This document shows positions 25,582-37,909 of a stretch of 64,000 nucleotides of DNA, one piece after another. This DNA comes from Guillardia theta CCMP2712 (lineage: Eukaryota; Protista; Cryptophyta). How positions within the stretch are numbered: position 1 is the stretch's first letter; each line of letters opens with the position of its first letter. The notes beneath the pieces are model-generated. The model was not told where the DNA came from. It was given only the letters and a program-made list of their open reading frames with translations, and did not search any database. Made by a program: the position numbers and the translations under genes. The stretch is from NCBI RefSeq assembly GCF_000315625.1, contig NW_005434550.1:109391-173390 (forward strand), given 5' to 3'.

Positions 25582-26667
25582 TCATAGATTGCATAAAGCT
25601 GCTAATGCGCTAAGACAGGCTAAGACAACGAGAAGACAAGAAGAGCTCGATGACGATCTGCTTGCTTGTGATCACATAAGGAGAAAAATTTAACTTCTCT
25701 CACCCGCGCGCTCCGGACGTGCATTTCCTCTGGTTGCCAAAGCCAGTCAACTGGTAGAAGTAAGACTCCTTCTCAGGTCCAACCAGCTGCAGGCCAGCAA
25801 GTCAGACCCTCCTCCCCACATGATCAGCTCTGACATTTCGATCAGCTCTACACTTGTATGTCGGGTACTGCTCGTCGAAGGTGATGGACTGCATCGGATC
25901 CTATGTGCATGCATCCTTGAGATAAGGAAGAGCGTCGCTTCTTTACCGTCGTCATGGTCCTCTTGCCGATGTTCATCAGGTCGTCGTAGTTGAGAAACAT
26001 CCCCTGACATGTTCGAAGGCGATCAGATCTAGGGAGAGGAAGCAAAATTCTCGGTACCGGCGGTAGGATCGTTCGCTCGTACCGGCAGGTAGACAGGCAC
26101 CGTACACATTCACTCCGACATACCTGCAAGGCGAACCATGTCAGCTCTCACTGCCGCTCCCATACTCCTCCCTACCTTCATCGGCACGTTCCCGTCGGAG
26201 CTGCATTTCGGGAAGTAGTTGGCACAGACGTAGGGCAGGCAAGCAGAGTTTTGAGCAAGGGAATCGCATCCGTAACGCGAGAAGCTGCAGCAGCAACATG
26301 AGCCCCTCTACTGCTCCATGTCTTCCTTACAGCGTATACGCAAACCTCTCCGCGCCCCTGCCACCTCTTCAGCGGGGGTACGAGCAAGTCGCTTTATCAC
26401 CTGTCCAAGTTGAGGAACTCCTGGGGATCGAGCTCTGACTGCACGACGTAAACCTGGACCTCTCTTATCCCCTCGTGCCGACGCTCTCCTCCTACCGGGT
26501 AAGTGATGGAGCAGAACTCAAGGATGCCGGGGGGAGGGACGACGCATGTCCTGCAAGCTCTCTTAGCCTTGCGAGTAATATAACAGAAAGCTTCACCCCG
26601 CATGGACTGGGAGGATCTTCCCAAGGTGCAAGCAGAGGTAAACAACTAGCTGAAGCCTTCGCTCCAT
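25582..26667 (-). CDS. Secreted, probably GPI-anchored Frizzled-type cysteine-rich-domain protein, multi-exon
   Basis: Spliced reading: MERRLQLVVYLCLHLGKILPVHA (signal), TCVVPPPGILEFCSITYP...NSACLPYVCANYFPKC...VCRSECVRCLSTC (CRD Cys pattern), and C-terminus KCTSGARGSSSSSSCLLVVLACLSALAALCNL*. Confidence 0.7.
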
Positions 26668-27639
26668 GGGCCTCCGAGTCTGATCGTGTGCTGCTGCTCG
26701 CTACTGTTCTTCGCTCCTCCTCGCTCCTCCCCCTACCTCCTTCACTTCCCGTTCATTTCTCATCTTCCGTTGACCAGGCACGTCAAATCACCCCTACCCC
26801 CCACCCTAACCCACCCCCTCCCCCCGCCTTTCACCATGCAAGTCGAGAAATAGAGCCACTTTGGGACTATGGGGTCTAGTAAGTTTCTACTCTGAGGTGG
26901 GTTGGTTGCTGCTACCCACCCTAGCAATCCGTTTACACCCCTACCCCCTATTCGCCATACAAAAATAAGATTTGTGGGTCTAAAACTGTACACCCACCCC
27001 TTTGATTTACCTACCCCATCAAATTAGGTTCATTTTCACCCTGACCTGTTCACCCCTACCCCTTTCCAATCGTTGCCGCCCCAATATCCTCACACCCCTA
27101 CCCCCCAATATCGAGCCACCCACCCTAACATCCATGTGCCAAAACACTATTTTGGGTCTTGGCGCTATGGCGGAGGCGTACGGCGCAGTATGCAGCCGGG
27201 AGGTGAGTCAATGGGAGGAGGATGCGGTCGAACAGAGCAGGGGAGAGGCGCGTAGAGCTGACAGGATGCGATGAGTCGGTCTCTTCGTCCAAGATGATCT
27301 TGTGAATATGTAGCAAGCGGTAGAGTACAAGTGTGCAATGAGATTATAGCTTGAACGAGTTGTGGAGATTCCTTGTTTCAGGAAGGCAGAACTGTTGAAT
27401 ATGCTTCGAGAGGACACGGTATGATAAGTTGGCTGGATCGAGCTAGGATTCACTTGATAAAACTCGTGATGCACCATGGAGATGAGAACTTGAAGAATGA
27501 GCGAAAAATTGTTCCTGACATGCAATTCTAATCTTCGTTGGGCAGGCACAACTCCTACGTAAGTGTCGCCTAACAGACAGCAGCTTTGCTTGTCTGCTTG
27601 TCTGCCCTCTCCCTCTTTCTGTCAATCTCTTCCTAGCTC

Positions 27640-30600
27640 CCTCAGCAGCCCCTTCAATCAGACCTATCTATTCGCATCTCCAACTCTGCCATGACTAGTC
27701 GCAGCTCGCATGTGCTCTTGATCACTCTTGTCTTGCCAGATGGAGGCACCTCTGCCAAAAGAATTCGCCCCTTGGTCGCTGTGGGATCGACGGTCCTGGC
27801 GATCTTGTTGGTTTCCCTGCTGATCGCCACGAGTGCGGTCAGTGTGCATTTTCAACTCCATCGCTTCATTCACATGGGATTCATGACAGCCGTCCGAGAG
27901 AGATAGCAAATCTCTTGCTGTGAAGATGGTATCAAGTACGACTGAGGTCTGCACCTCTCCCACCCGTTCTCGTGATCTCTAACGAGCAAGTTGCCCTTCT
28001 TCTTGGCAGTCTTTGAAGCAGAAGATGTTAGCGCTCAGGCAGATGCTAGAGAACGCCTACGTGGAGTATAACTCTCAGAGCGGCCTGTTGGTCACTCGTC
28101 ACTTCGACGATGGATTCAAACTGCTTGTGTGAGTGCGGAGGGAGTTGAGAGCCTCCGAGGGTAGTTGACTGCCGTCAAAGGTGGTGGAATGCCGACGTTC
28201 GTTACGACCAGAAGAACCTCGTGAAGCTGTTCAAGCCGGAGGCGGAAGGGACGACCAAGTACATCAACTTTGTCAACTACTCCTCCATCCAGGAGAAGCT
28301 GCTGAAGGGCGACACCTTCCCACCCGAGGGATCCGACGACGTGAGATCCTCATTCTGCTTGCTCCTGCCTGACGCACGTGCAAGCTCGATGACCTCGTGG
28401 TCCTCATGGTCGGCCAAGTCAAAGTCCCTGCAGACGGTGACTACACGATCTTCCTCAACACAACTGGAGGGGCGGTGATCAACGTGACCGACTCTAAGAC
28501 GGGAGCTAGCGTGGTGGGACCTGCCGACGTCTGTCGTCTTGCTCCGCCTGTGATGATGTGCGTGTACAGGAGCTCTCTGGAGTTTCTGAAGGAGTTGAGA
28601 GCGGTGAGCTTGCAATCAGAAGCTGCCGGTGGCCTGATCGCGTGCCCAGGTGTTGTCACCCTCTCTGAAGGGATGGCGACCGTGGTTGCCTTCTGGCATC
28701 CTAGCGCTGATGGTGAGCGACGAGTGCAGGAGGAGAAGGACGAGGTGGAGGATGGGGACTCCTGACCCTCTGCATGCAGGTGCAGGTGTGAGCGTTCCGC
28801 GGCTGATCGTCACTTGGAATGGAACAGGGACAGGAGGAGAGGTGAGAAGAGGAGCAGAGCAAGTTGGGGATGCAGAAGGGAGAGCTGGGAAGTGTAGGTG
28901 AAGGTGGGACGGAATTGTGGACGGACAGAGGCAGCTGCTTTGGAGCATTGTGAGGCTCTTGGCAGGTACCTCTTGTCGGGCGCCACTGGACGGACGGAAA
29001 GTCCACCAAGCCCAAGGGCGAAAGTACGGGAGGAGTGAAGGAGGAGGAGAATCTGACTTGGAGGGGTCAGTTCCAGACGGGAAGGTGCAGCATGGCTGGG
29101 GTTGCCGTTTCATATGCTACGAGGAGTGAGTGAGGGAAGGAGGGAGGAGAGGATGGTGACCTGCTCCTTGTCTCTCAGTCCCATCGTTGAGCTCCCGCCG
29201 GCCCACCAGCTGCTGAACGAAACTCCCTGCGCAGCCGTCAGGTCCTGCTCCTTATCATCGGGACGGGAGGGGGGTAGATGAAAGTTCCTAGGGGGATGGG
29301 AGAAGGGTGGATGACGGGGGTGGATGAAGGTTTGACCCCTCTGTCCAGGTTGGACACAATCAACATCTCGAGCCACGACGAGCTGTGGTCAATCGTCCGC
29401 GAAGAGGTGAAGATCAGCTGGGGGCTGGTAGGGCAAGGCAATGACGTCATTGCAGGGCGAGGAAGACTTTCTCAGCTACCACGTTGCTGCTGTCTGTCAG
29501 GGTCTAGTCAAGACCGAGGTTGTCAAAGTTCTCCTCTTCACTACGCTTGCTGACCTTGACCTTTCCCAGCATGCCGGTCGCTATCAGTTTGACGTGGCCA
29601 GCGACGACGGCGCCAGCCTGATTATCGATGACATCCTGGTTGTCAAATGTTTGACAACCTCCGCCCTCCAGAGCTCACGAGGGTGCAGGTGCTGAATGAG
29701 ACGGGGGAGGTTGACCCCTTCGTCGTGACCAGCGCGCTTGTCAAACTCCCGGCGGGCTACCACGAAGTGACTTTGACCTGGTTTCAAAACTCAGGTCTGT
29801 CTCAGCTGGACTGGGAGGGCGTGCGGGGCTGAAAGTCTTGACAGTGCAAGGGCCAACACAGGCTGGGACTGCCAACTCCCGCTATGAGAAGCAGACAGGG
29901 GGGCAGGTGGGAAGAAGCAGGAAGGAGGGAAGCGAGGAGAAGCTAGAGGAGGAGGGAGAGGAGGAAGAGGAAGAGGGAGAGAGAGCGAGGGAGGAGGAGG
30001 AGGAGGTTCTGATCCTCTGCTAGGTGCTCGTGCTCCTCTACCGTGGGCCAGACAACCACTACAACGTCAATCTCTCTGACCCCATGGGCCCCGAACTCTC
30101 GTCTGGAGGAAGAATCGTGCTGATTCCTCCTCCCCAGAACCCTGCACAGATCACTTACTCAGGTATGAATCCTCCTCCTCCTCCTCCTCCTCTTCCTCCT
30201 CTTCCTCCTCTTCCTCCTCCTCCTCCTCCTCCTCCTCCTCGTCTCCTCGACCCCTTCCTCGTCCACAGTCACCACCGCTTCCTCCAACACCACTACCACC
30301 ACACACTCTCTCATCTTCTCACCTCTCCCTCCTCCTCCTCGTCTCCCCTCCCTTCTCGCTCGTTGATGTCGCATGTAGGGAACGGACCTCTCATCTGGAG
30401 CCCGGCCGCCTCTGACTACTCCCTTCTTACTCAAGGGTCTGCTCAGCCCCCGCCTCCCCCTCCCTCCCCCTCTCTGACTCGTTGCAGATTTTTCCTCCCC
30501 GGCGGCTTCGGCGACATCAAGGGGTTGAAACTTACGGGAGGAAGAACCGTACATGTAAAGAGAGTGTGGGAACATGGCAGGACACTGACGATGCCGACTC

Positions 30601-31879
30601 CTCTGTCCTGCCCCTTCTTCTCCTCGCCCCTCTTATCCCCTCCTCTCCTCTTCTCTCCCTACCTCTCCCTCCTCTCCTCTCTCTTTCTCTCAGGGACGAT
30701 TGCTGGGTTATTCTGCATCCAACGGCAAGTTCAGGAAAGAGCGAAACCCACTGGAAAGCTTCGACAAGAAGTGGTAGGAGGAGGGAGAGGAGGGGGAGGG
30801 AGGGAGAGGGGGAGAGGAGGGGAGTCAGGAAGGGGAATATGCAGAGGAGTAGGAGGGACAGGAGCTAAGAGAGGGGTATAGGTACTCGAAGAACAAGAAC
30901 AAGGAGTGGAGGAAGTACGACTACCATGGAAAGGACTATGACGATGAGGTAGAAGCATTTCCTTCTCTTGTATCCCCTCCTCCTTCCTGTTCCCTCCCGC
31001 ACCTCTCTTCTTCTCTCTTCCTCTCCTTCCTTCTTCTCCTCTCCTCCTCTCCCCGAGAGAGAAGTAAAGCTTTCTCTTCACCCGCTCCTCCACCTCGCTC
31101 TCGCTCACTTCTCACACTTCGCAGATCTCCAGCAAGGCCGACAGCATCATTAAGCCTTGGACGGACCACAGCAAAGCTGCTTACGAGTACGGTCACAACC
31201 CCAACAAGAGACTGCAGGTTGGACCCCTCCTTCCTCCCTTCTCCCTCCCTCCTCCCTCCCTCCTCTCATGTTCTCGTCAGGTCCCAGACTCGGTCTACAC
31301 TCAGGATCCTCCCTATGACATGAACGTCGTCGACATCGGAGGCAAAGGAATTCAGTGGCAGGTGCTGGCGCATGGAGAGGGAAGGGGGCAGAGGAAGGGG
31401 GGACGAGGAGGAGAGGAGAAGAGGAGGAGAAGAGGAGGAGAAGAGGAGAGGAGGAGAAGAGGAGAGGAGGAGAGGAGGTGCCTTCGGAGGTGGGAGGGAG
31501 GGGGGAAGCTGACGGCTGCTGCAGCACAACGAGGGAAGCATCGGCGATGATGTGAAGACAATCAACGGGGAGAGCAGCGTGATCGGTAGGACAGGCAGTA
31601 GGACAGCGGGAGGAGAGGATGAGAAGGAGGGTGATAATGACAAGGCAGGGGGGGGGGGAGAGGGCGAAGAGGAAGACGAGGATGAAGCTATTGGGGGCAG
31701 GGGCAGGAGGCGGAGGATTTCCTAATGGTTGACTCTGAGTAGGGAAGGACTATGACTTCGGGAATGGTTGGAGCAAGACACTCAATTCCGTACCAGAGGC
31801 CCTACACTCACCTGACCCTGTACGCGATCCTCCTCCTCCTCCTCCTCCCCCTCCTCCTGCTCCTCCCGCTCCTGCTCCC

Positions 31880-31935
<56 letters not shown>

Positions 31936-32307
31936 CTCCTACCTCCTGCCTCCTGCCTCCTCCTCCTCCACGTCTTCTCCTCCACGTCTTCTCCTCCTCG
32001 TCTCCTCCACTTCCTAAGCTTTTCTCCCCGGGTCTTCTCTCATGTTTGAGGCTTGTTTTGACGGCTTGACATCAGGCGAGGAATTGGAAGTTCGACGATG
32101 GCGAACTGCCGGAATTTGCAGGTGAAGGGGAAGAGGAGGAGGAGAGGAGGAGAGAGTAGGAGTACGAGGGAGGACAAGGGAGGGGAGGAGGAGGAGGGGA
32201 GGAGGAGGGAGGAGGAGGAGGAGGAGGGGAGAGGAGGGATTTCTGACTGTCCTTTAGGTGGGAAGGATACACCTCCTACAACATTCGGAGATTCAACGGG
32301 GAAGTAG
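27640..32307 (+). CDS. Type-II membrane tandem-PA14 protein, paralog of the gene at 5689-9360 but without ubiquitin-like inserts (start approximate)
   Basis: TM helix LVAVGSTVLAILLVSLLIATSA. PA14 motifs: LMVGQVKVPADGDYTIFL, GRYQFDVASDDGASLIIDD, LPAGYHEVTLTWFQ and VLVLLYRGPD. Blocks shared with the paralog: VQHGWGCRF, SKNKNKEWRKYD, IIKPWTDHSK and NVVDIGGKGIQW. Confidence 0.8.
31855..31935. repeat. (CTCCTG)n intronic microsatellite
   Basis: Visible hexamer run. Confidence 0.9.
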
Positions 32308-32427
32308 TGATGAGGGAAGGAGTGGATGGAGCAGCGTTAACTTTCTTGTGAAAGATACTTGTTTCAGTCAGTCTCGTGCTCTTGCTCCCCCCACTTCCTC
32401 TTCTCTTCCTCTCCTCCTCACATTTCT

Positions 32428-34209
32428 TTAGTATCCCAACTCCTTGCAAACTCTCAGGGCAGCTCCCACAGCTCCTTCCATGACTCCGGGGCTTTCGAGA
32501 TCAGCTTCCTGTGCGAGAGCTGTCAGCAGGAAGCAGGAAGATCAGGTGAGAGGACGTAGCGGGACCAGGCTCGGAAGGAGCAGTGGTAGTGGAGAAAGAA
32601 GGAGCAGGGAGGAGAGGAGAGGAGAGGAGAGGAGAGGAGAGGAGAGGAGAGGAGAGGAGGGCAGGGGAGGGCAGGGGAGGGGAGATGAGGGGCTGGGGGA
32701 GAATTTTACAGTGGAGGCGAAGAGGAGCTTTCCGTCCCAGTCGCTACGGGCAAGAGGAGGGAAAGGAGTAGGATGGGGATGAATCTGCTGCGGATCGATC
32801 TCGTCGCTAATCAGCTCCTCCTCCGGCCATCGCTGCACAGTCACTCGCTTGAACTTCTGCAGCGCTGAGGAGTCTTGCTGCAGCCCCATCATCTTCCAAT
32901 GCCTGCAGACGCCCTTACATCCTCTCCCCTCCTCTCCCCTCCCCTCCCCTCCCCTCCCTTCTCTACGCCTCCTCTCAACGCCCGCTGCATGCGGCCCCAC
33001 CCTCTCAGCTGTTCGACGCAGAGGCGCGCGAGCTCCTCCTCCTTCAAGTCCCTCGGGGCCAACGCGAAGAAGGTGAGGGCGATCAGCTTATCGCCATGTG
33101 TGCTGCCGTCGTAGACCTGAACGATGGTTAGGGAAGGGAAGAAAAGGAGGAAGAGGAGGAAGAGGAAGAGGAAGAGGAGGAAGAGGAGGGAGAGGAAGTG
33201 AAGGAAGGGGGTGGAGGAGGGTGGGGGACAAGAGGAAGAGGTGCTTGCCTGGAAAGCTGGTCCTCCCCTAAGACCTGTATTGCATGCGCGACCTAGAGAC
33301 CAGACCCTCTTGTCGTACTCCAAGGCGACCTGAACGAGGGTGACAAGGTGGAGGGGGAGTGAGAGCAGGGGTCGGGGGCAGGATAGATGAGAGTAGCGGG
33401 GAAATGAGGGGGGGGAGAGAGGAGGTTACAAGGAGCAAGAACAAGGCAAGACGAGATTAGAGGGGGAGGAGGAGACAGAGAGAGGAAGAGAGGAAGGCAA
33501 GACGAGATTAGAAGGGGAGGAGGAGACAGAGGGAGGAAGAGAGGAATGGAAGAAGGAGTCTTCACCTTGGTAACGCCGGCCATCCATGTCCTGCACTCCT
33601 CCATGGCCCTGCGCCGAGAGTTGGAGAGAGGAGGGTCGAACTGAACGCGAGAGATCAAAATCCTTGGAGGGGCAGCAAACACAACTCTGCGAGCAAGGAC
33701 AGACTGCCCGCTCGAAGACGAGATCTTCACCAGCTCTCGGTCCTCTCCCTGCTCCCTCTTCTCCTTTGCGCAACTGGTCACATCGAAGTTCATCACGATC
33801 CTGTCCTGCGGCAGCTTCTTGGCCAGCTCCTCGATCGCCTTGTACGCTCCTCCTGCTATCCTCGTCGACGACTCGTCGTCGGGCTGTCTGAATGTGCCGA
33901 TATTGAGCTCCCTCAGCAACTCTGCTATTTTGCGCTGCCCGAACTCTGGCCAAATCCATGCTCCTCCCAGGTCCACTCCGCTCTCACTGTTCTTGAGCCT
34001 TCCTCCCAGCCTGCTGCTTCCTTCAACCAGCACCCACGAGCACTTGCTTCCAAGTCGATGCACAACGGTCAGGCCGGAGAGTCCCCCTCCTACCACCGCT
34101 ACGTCCACCACCCTCTCGCATTCCTCCATCCTGCTTGTACAGGCCATTCTGGACAAGTTCACCACAAGAGACACGAAGCACCACCTGCTACTTCTCCACC
34201 TCTGCATGA
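32428..34209 (-). CDS. Flavin-containing amine oxidase (monoamine oxidase family), multi-exon; start approximate
   Basis: FAD-binding motif DVAVVGGGLSGL...VEGSSRLGGRL, then VDLGGAWIWP, and C-terminal LLFAST|EADLESPGVMEGAVGAALR. Confidence 0.9.
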
Positions 34210-34479
34210 TCTTGCCTGTACATCCCAAAGCACCTGGGAACGAAACTCAAACAAGTCTTTCCCGCCTATTCCTATCCTCCACTTTCCTTTTACCCCAATC
34301 TCTCTGTCCTCCCCTTCTTCCTCCTAGCTTCCCTCCTACCTCCTCTCCTCCTTCCCCGCTATGGTTCTGACTATCTCCTCCTCCTCTCTTCTCTGCTCGT
34401 CCCTTCTCCTCCTATAGCATTCGAGCCTACCCTTCGCTGCTGTCCTGGACGTAAGCAAACCATCTGACTCTAAAGACAA

Positions 34480-34620
34480 CCTGGCGGGCCCAACAGATGA
34501 CTCAGTGACCGTCCGGCCCCGGCGGCGGCCCGGTGACGACTAGCCGGAGGCGGCGCGGCCCGGTCGACCCTCAGTCGAGCCTGAGCCGCGCCGTCGGCGG
34601 TCGGCGAGGGGACTGAGGCA
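34480..34620. repeat. GC-rich CCGG-word element (similar tracts at 41300-41480 and 44945-45450)
   Basis: Abrupt rise in GC with recurring CGGCCCGG and GGCGGC words. Confidence 0.55.
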
Positions 34621-34685
34621 ACTGTACTCACTCATCGCGGTCTTTGGCTTGAACATATTTTACTAAACATTGATTTGATTAACGG

Positions 34686-35978
34686 TTAGTACAACCTCCC
34701 CGTGTAGTTGTAAGGATCTGAGGAGAAATACAAGAAACCAACCGCAATTCCTCCTGCAAACATCGCCGGCACGGCAAACATCGACTTCAGTGACAGCAGC
34801 GCGACCCCCGATAGACCATGCCCGCTCGTGCACCCCGACGCAAGCCGGCTCCCGAAGATGGCGCAGAAGCCTCCTGCAAACGCCTCTCCCGGCGTCACGC
34901 CCTGGAACCCCCGGAACGTGCCTACGGCGTTGGCTGCGATCGCGGCTCCTCCGATGGCGGATAGCAGGTAGACGGCTTGCCACCAGTTGATGATCCCGGT
35001 CCTGTATCCGTTCAGGTGCTTCATCACCTCTTGGCAGTTCTTGCACACTGTCAAGGGTTGAGAGGTGTATGTCATGTACGCCGAGCTGCTCCCCAGGGTG
35101 TCTTGGATGAGCAGAATCGCGGGGACCTGTAGGAAGCCGATGATCGCCCCCATAAGCTCTGGAGGAAGGACTGACTTCCAAGGCGTCGTCCCTGCTGGAA
35201 CCTCCTCCTTCCACGGGAAAAACACTTCGAGGATGATGATGAAGATGGTCATGCAGACCGCCAGAGCAAGCGCAAGCCCCCAGAAAGGCACCTTCTTCAG
35301 AGGCCCGTAGTCCTCGAACTTCGGTGACTTCATCTTCCCTGCCTTGAGGTACGGCTCGATCTTGGGCTGCACCACCCCATACAAAGCTGCTGCTGAAAGA
35401 CCCCCAAGAAGGGTTACCCACGAGTAAGGGACGCCTGCTCCGACTTGTACCAGCACCATCCCTGGACATGACCCTGACAACGCCATGCCACATCCCAGGA
35501 TGAAAGCTCCCAGAATGATCGGTATCAGCCCCTTGCACTGCAGTGTGCTCATGAACTCCTCGCGCGCCCTCTCAAAGTGCAAGGGGAAGATGAGCGACAC
35601 TCCCGCGATGCAGTATGCCGACCCCGCCGACGCTCCCAAGAACATCTTCAGCATGATCTCCCGCCTGAAGATAAACTGCTCCCTGATCACCAGCGGTAGC
35701 GTCACCTTCCCCAGATCCATGACTACCCCGAAAACAAGGCCCATGAACATGGCTGCAAGGATGCCCTTGACCCATCGCGTCCTCCCTTCCCATGATTGGC
35801 TCTCGCTGTTGTTACCCGCTGCGAGCTCCTCTACGGCTACCTTGTACTGGCTGGGAAGCTTGGGGGAGCTGGTGCCATCCAATCCTTCGTTCTTCATGTC
35901 GGTGAAGTCGTCGGGGGGAGTTGTGGTGTAGACGACATGGGGCTCTACCTTGACGGAGATAGCGGCTTCCGGCATCAT
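34686..35978 (-). CDS. YeeE/YedE-family (thiosulfate/sulfur-compound) transporter, intronless
   Basis: 430-aa polytopic membrane ORF with GCGMALSGSCPG and GSRLASGCTSGHGLSG Cys motifs. Confidence 0.92.
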   Translation of the reverse strand: MMPEAAISVKVEPHVVYTTTPPDDFTDMKNEGLDGTSSPKLPSQYKVAVEELAAGNNSESQSWEGRTRWVKGILAAMFMGLVFGVVMDLGKVTLPLVIREQFIFRREIMLKMFLGASAGSAYCIAGVSLIFPLHFERAREEFMSTLQCKGLIPIILGAFILGCGMALSGSCPGMVLVQVGAGVPYSWVTLLGGLSAAALYGVVQPKIEPYLKAGKMKSPKFEDYGPLKKVPFWGLALALAVCMTIFIIILEVFFPWKEEVPAGTTPWKSVLPPELMGAIIGFLQVPAILLIQDTLGSSSAYMTYTSQPLTVCKNCQEVMKHLNGYRTGIINWWQAVYLLSAIGGAAIAANAVGTFRGFQGVTPGEAFAGGFCAIFGSRLASGCTSGHGLSGVALLSLKSMFAVPAMFAGGIAVGFLYFSSDPYNYTGRLY

Positions 35979-37909
35979 GTATCACGCAGGATATGTCTTT
36001 AGCTGAGCAATATGACACCTAAATGCACAATCACGCAACTAGTTTGCTTCTTCACGGTGTTTGTGATGCTCGAACAAGCCTGGTCGTGCTCGGACTTCGC
36101 AGCCCTCTTTGTTCACAGAAGGAGTCTAGATGAAAACACGGAGCAGAGAGGATCAGAACGCAAGATTGGCGAGGCGAGAAGGATAGTTCCCAGAGGAGGA
36201 GGAGATAGGGTAGGAAGTACAAGGAGATAGGAGGGATATGACGACAGCGTCTCCTCACAGGCGCCCTACAACCAAGGGACTCCCCGACTATCATATATTG
36301 CTACTACCCACCCATCCTCACTCAATCTTACTACCACCCCTGAAAACAAGACTACCCCCATCTCAGAAAGGGATCATCGTGTTGAAGAGGTTACCCGACC
36401 ACTACCACCATATCTTCTCTGCTACCACCACCGGTAGGATAACCCCTACCCCTTCACCCTGCAGGGTAACTGTAATCAAGATCTGACTACCCGACCCCCT
36501 TCATGATCACACCACCCTCCATGGAGCTATTACACCACCCTCCATGGTACCACCTGGGATAGAGAGACATACGTAAATCAGCGACCACCCCAGGCAGGGG
36601 CATACAATGTTTGAAAGATCCTTCGAGCTTGTCATGGCCAGTCACGCAGATCCGAACACCCGGGTCACATGGTCACGTGACAAACATGAGTACATTTGAA
36701 ATTGAGAATCTGTATGTTTCAAATTTGAGGCATCTAGATGAAACCGTAAGATATGTACCCTTGCGGTCATTTTCAGCCCCGTCGTTTCGCGCTTGCAGAG
36801 CGAAATGTTAAAGTAGTGAAATGTAACTCCAAATATTGAATTTTTGACCAAAACCATTAAGATTGATCATTACGGTTTTGAGGTGTCCTCGATTTCGTTA
36901 TCAATAATAGGAAATTCTCCCATTAAAATTGATCCTTCAGCTTCAAAGTTTGATAGAGTATCTGAAATGTTTTTGTTTTTTTAACAGTCATGGAGATCTA
37001 CGGTGGTACATGACCAACTGCTGACTGGATCTCGGGGGGGACCTTCACCCCACAGACTACCCCCGTCAGGAACCCCCACCCACCCACCCACCCCTCCCCT
37101 CTCCTCCCCCAGCCCCCCCACAACTACAATGCCATTTTTGCAGGACAATGGATATCCTTGCTACCCCCACCCTCCTCCGCAGGTACCGTATTGGGTTTAT
37201 CTCGAAGATTATAAATATATATAACGATTCTACCTTCCTACCACGTAGTCACGGAGTCGCCCGAAAATAAACGCTAGTTCAAATGAGCACCTACCTATCA
37301 AATGACCCCAACAGGCCACCAGTCAGCTCACCCCTGATTATGCATGCGCGCACACATGCAAAAATCCTAAGTCATCATTGGCGAACTTTACCACATCGTC
37401 CGTGGAGCGGAGATTGGGAAGATGGATGTGAGGGGGTGGGGTACAGAGACAACAGGGGTGAGGGTCGACAGAGCTCTGACATTGAGTCGAAGTACCAGGT
37501 GCTGAGAGAGGAATAAAGCAGTAAATAGGTGGGTAGGGGGTACATACACTCTGCGAAGTATCAATGAGAGAAAGGTAGGGTGAAGAAAATGAAGAGGTGG
37601 GGTGATTCAAGTTCCACGGTGCCTCCTTGCTCCCCTGCTTCCCCACGACTGTCCCCCGCCCCCTGCCCTGAGCTTGGTTCTATCGCTCTCATCCTCCGAC
37701 CCTCCGTTGCTCTACCCCATCTCTCTTGGACATTCCTGACTGAGCTCCTGCCCTTACGATTGCACTTCTAGTCTGACTCTCGAGAACCCTTCACATCCAA
37801 CAAAGTTGAAACAAACTCCGCTTGCTCGTCTCCCTCGAGATCTCCTTCCTTCCTCCCCCTGCCCTCCCAAGCGACGTACTCATCAGAGTAGCGCCCTCAG
37901 AGCTGCACG

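Noticed and set aside
34890-35312. Segments missing from YeeE copy 2 as introns of copy 1
   Set aside because: The boundaries are not GT-AG, and the segments encode plausible hydrophobic helices in frame.
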